IMG/VR virus record: IMGVR_UViG_2690316210_000007
Span: 1 to 35,809 of that record
DNA: 35,809 nt
DNA from: a virus
Lineage: Duplodnaviria; Heunggongvirae; Uroviricota; Caudoviricetes
Strand: one strand, 5' to 3'
Positions 33,724-35,809 of this stretch are shown here, piece after piece. The first letter of the stretch is position 1, and every line of letters starts with the position of its first letter. The notes under the pieces are model-generated. The model had not been told where the DNA came from, did no database searches, and was given only the letters and a program-made list of their open reading frames with translations. Position numbers and translations under genes: made by a program.

Positions 33724-35809
33724 ATGGGTAAAGGCAGCAGTAAGGGGCATACCCCGCGCGAAGCGAAGGACAACCTGAAATCCACGCAGTTGCTGAGTGT
33801 GATTGATGCCATCAGCGAAGGGCCGGTTGACGGTCCGGTGGATGGATTAAAAAGCGTGCTGCTGAACGGTACGCCGGTCCTGGACAGCGAGGGGAAGACA
33901 AACTTTTCCGGTGTTACGGTGGTGTTCCGTGCAGGTGAGCAGGAGCAGACACCGCCGGAGGGTTTTGAATCCTCCGGCTCCGAGACGGTGCTGGGTACGG
34001 AAGTGAAATATGACACGCCGATCACCCGGACCATCACGTCGGCAAACATCGACCGTCTGCGCTTTACCTTCGGTGTGCAGGCACTGGTGGAAACCACCTC
34101 AAAGGGTGACCGGAATCCGTCGGAAGTCCGCCTGCTGGTTCAGATACAGCGTAACGGTGGCTGGGTGACGGAAAAAGACATCACCATTAAGGGCAAAACC
34201 ACTTCGCAGTATCTGGCCTCGGTGGTGGTGGGTAACCTGCCGCCGCGCCCGTTTAATATCCGGATGCGCAGGATGACACCGGACAGCACCACAGACCAGC
34301 TGCAGAACAAAACGCTCTGGTCGTCATACACCGAAATCATCGATGTGAAACAGTGCTACCCGAACACGGCGCTGGTCGGCGTGCAGGTGGATTCAGAGCA
34401 GTTCGGTAACCAGCAGGTGAGTCGCAATTATCATCTTCGCGGGCGCATTCTGCAGGTGCCGTCGAACTATAACCCGCAGACGCGGCAATACAGCGGTATC
34501 TGGGACGGAACGCTTAAGCCAGCATACAGCAACAACATGGCCTGGTGTCTGTGGGACATGCTCACTCATCCGCGCTACGGCATGGGGAAACGTCTTGGTG
34601 CGGCAGATGTGGACAAATGGGCGCTGTATGTCATCGGCCAGTACTGCGACCAGTCAGTGACGGACGGATTTGGCGGCACGGAGCCGCGCATCACCTGTAA
34701 CTCTTACCTGACCACACAGCGTAAGGCGTGGGATGTTCTCAGTGATTTCTGCTCGGCGATGCGCTGTATGCCGGTATGGAACGGACAGATGCTGACGTTC
34801 GTGCAGGACCGACCGTCGGATAAGGTGTGGGCCTATAACCGCAGTAATGTGGTGATGCCGGACGATGGCGCGCCGTTCCGCTACAGCTTCAGCGCCCTGA
34901 AGGACCGCCATAATGCCGTTGAGGTGAACTGGATTGACCCAGATAACGGCTGGGAGACGGCGACAGAGCTTGTGGAGGATACGCAGGCCATTGTCCGTTA
35001 CGGTCGTAACGTCACGAAGATGGATGCCTTTGGCTGTACCAGCCGGGGGCAGGCACACCGCGCCGGGCTGTGGCTGATTAAAACGGAACTGCTGGAAACG
35101 CAGACCGTGGACTTCAGCGTGGGCGCAGAAGGGCTTCGCCATGTACCGGGTGATGTCATTGAAATCTGCGATGATGATTATGCCGGTATCAGCACCGGTG
35201 GTCGCGTACTGGCGGTGAACAGCCAGACCCGGACGCTGACGCTCGACCGTGAAATCACGCTGCCGTCCTCCGGTACCACGCTGATAAGCCTGGTTGACGG
35301 AAGTGGCAATCCGGTCAGCGTGGAGGTCCAGTCCGTCACCGACGGCGTGAAGGTGAAAGTGAGCCGTGTTCCTGACGGCGTTGCAGAATACAGCGTGTGG
35401 GGGCTGAAGCTGCCGACGCTGCGCCAGCGTCTGTTCCGCTGCGTGAGTATCCGTGAGAACGACGACGGCACGTATGCCATCACCGCCGTGCAGCATGTGC
35501 CGGAAAAAGAGGCCATCGTGGATAACGGGGCACACTTTGACGGTGACCGGCGCGGCACGGTGAATGGTGTCACGCCGCCAGCGGTGCAGCATCTGACCGC
35601 CGAAGTCACCGCAGACAGCGGGGAATATCAGGTGCTGGCGCGCTGGGACACGCCGAAGGTGGTGAAGGGTGTGAGCTTCCTGCTTCGCCTGACCGTGGCA
35701 GCGGACGACGGCAGTGAGCGGCTGGTCAGCACAGCCAGGACGACGGAAACCACATACCGCTTCAGGCAGCTGGCGCTGGGGAACTACAGGCTGACAGTCC
35801 GGGCAGTAA
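33724..35809 (+). CDS. J: Central tail fibre / host specificity protein gpJ (copy 2), 5' portion; continues past the window end
   Basis: ATG 33724 (MGKGSSKGHTPREAKDNLKSTQLL...). The frame was spot-checked as open at 34081 and at the window end (..FRQLALGNYRLTVRAV); the ORF track omits it because it is unterminated in the window. Confidence 0.85.
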   Translation, partial: MGKGSSKGHTPREAKDNLKSTQLLSVIDAISEGPVDGPVDGLKSVLLNGTPVLDSEGKTNFSGVTVVFRAGEQEQTPPEGFESSGSETVLGTEVKYDTPITRTITSANIDRLRFTFGVQALVETTSKGDRNPSEVRLLVQIQRNGGWVTEKDITIKGKTTSQYLASVVVGNLPPRPFNIRMRRMTPDSTTDQLQNKTLWSSYTEIIDVKQCYPNTALVGVQVDSEQFGNQQVSRNYHLRGRILQVPSNYNPQTRQYSGIWDGTLKPAYSNNMAWCLWDMLTHPRYGMGKRLGAADVDKWALYVIGQYCDQSVTDGFGGTEPRITCNSYLTTQRKAWDVLSDFCSAMRCMPVWNGQMLTFVQDRPSDKVWAYNRSNVVMPDDGAPFRYSFSALKDRHNAVEVNWIDPDNGWETATELVEDTQAIVRYGRNVTKMDAFGCTSRGQAHRAGLWLIKTELLETQTVDFSVGAEGLRHVPGDVIEICDDDYAGISTGGRVLAVNSQTRTLTLDREITLPSSGTTLISLVDGSGNPVSVEVQSVTDGVKVKVSRVPDGVAEYSVWGLKLPTLRQRLFRCVSIRENDDGTYAITAVQHVPEKEAIVDNGAHFDGDRRGTVNGVTPPAVQHLTAEVTADSGEYQVLARWDTPKVVKGVSFLLRLTVAADDGSERLVSTARTTETTYRFRQLALGNYRLTVRAV

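Noticed and set aside
34654-35592. 312-aa minus-strand ORF (with nested 35178-35609 ORF) antisense to J
   Set aside because: Antisense to the J reading frame, which has clear lambda J homology; no RBS or coding-like composition.

Overview
This window is a lambda-like (cos-packaging) prophage late region with no Shiga-toxin genes, rRNA or CRISPR array. It is a composite: one prophage runs from Q to a truncated J, and an IS3-family fragment joins it to a second, divergent tail module (G to J, running off the window end). All calls rest on reading the translations and recalling lambda/phage-21 proteins; nothing was searched or computed.

Gene order, all on the + strand unless noted:
- Late control and cargo: Q C-terminus, pR'-like promoter and tR'-like terminator, a small ORF, a DNA amino-methyltransferase, two tRNAs (anticodons CAT and TCT), then two copies of a ~220-bp hairpin-rich unit where stx sits in Stx phages.
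- Lysis: nanS-p-like sialate O-acetylesterase, pinholin S, an unexplained 104-aa ORF, SAR endolysin R, Rz with embedded Rz1.
- Cargo island (7114-8743): two convergent ORFs of 206 aa (+) and 355 aa (-) in a visibly AT-rich segment immediately before cos. This is the best candidate for an undescribed accessory or defence module.
- Packaging and head: cos (cosN at 8967-8978), Nu1, A, W, B, C, D, E, FI, FII.
- Tail: Z, U, V, G/G-T, H, M, then a 1351-bp tandem duplication that creates an L::H chimeric ORF and a second M, then L (carrying a 171-bp in-frame duplication), K, I and a J fragment.
- Junction: the J fragment ends at 26462 against a 5'-truncated IS3-family element (26463-27600), followed by the last codons of a second V.
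- Second tail module: G/G-T, H split into two overlapping ORFs, M, L, K, I and J (partial).
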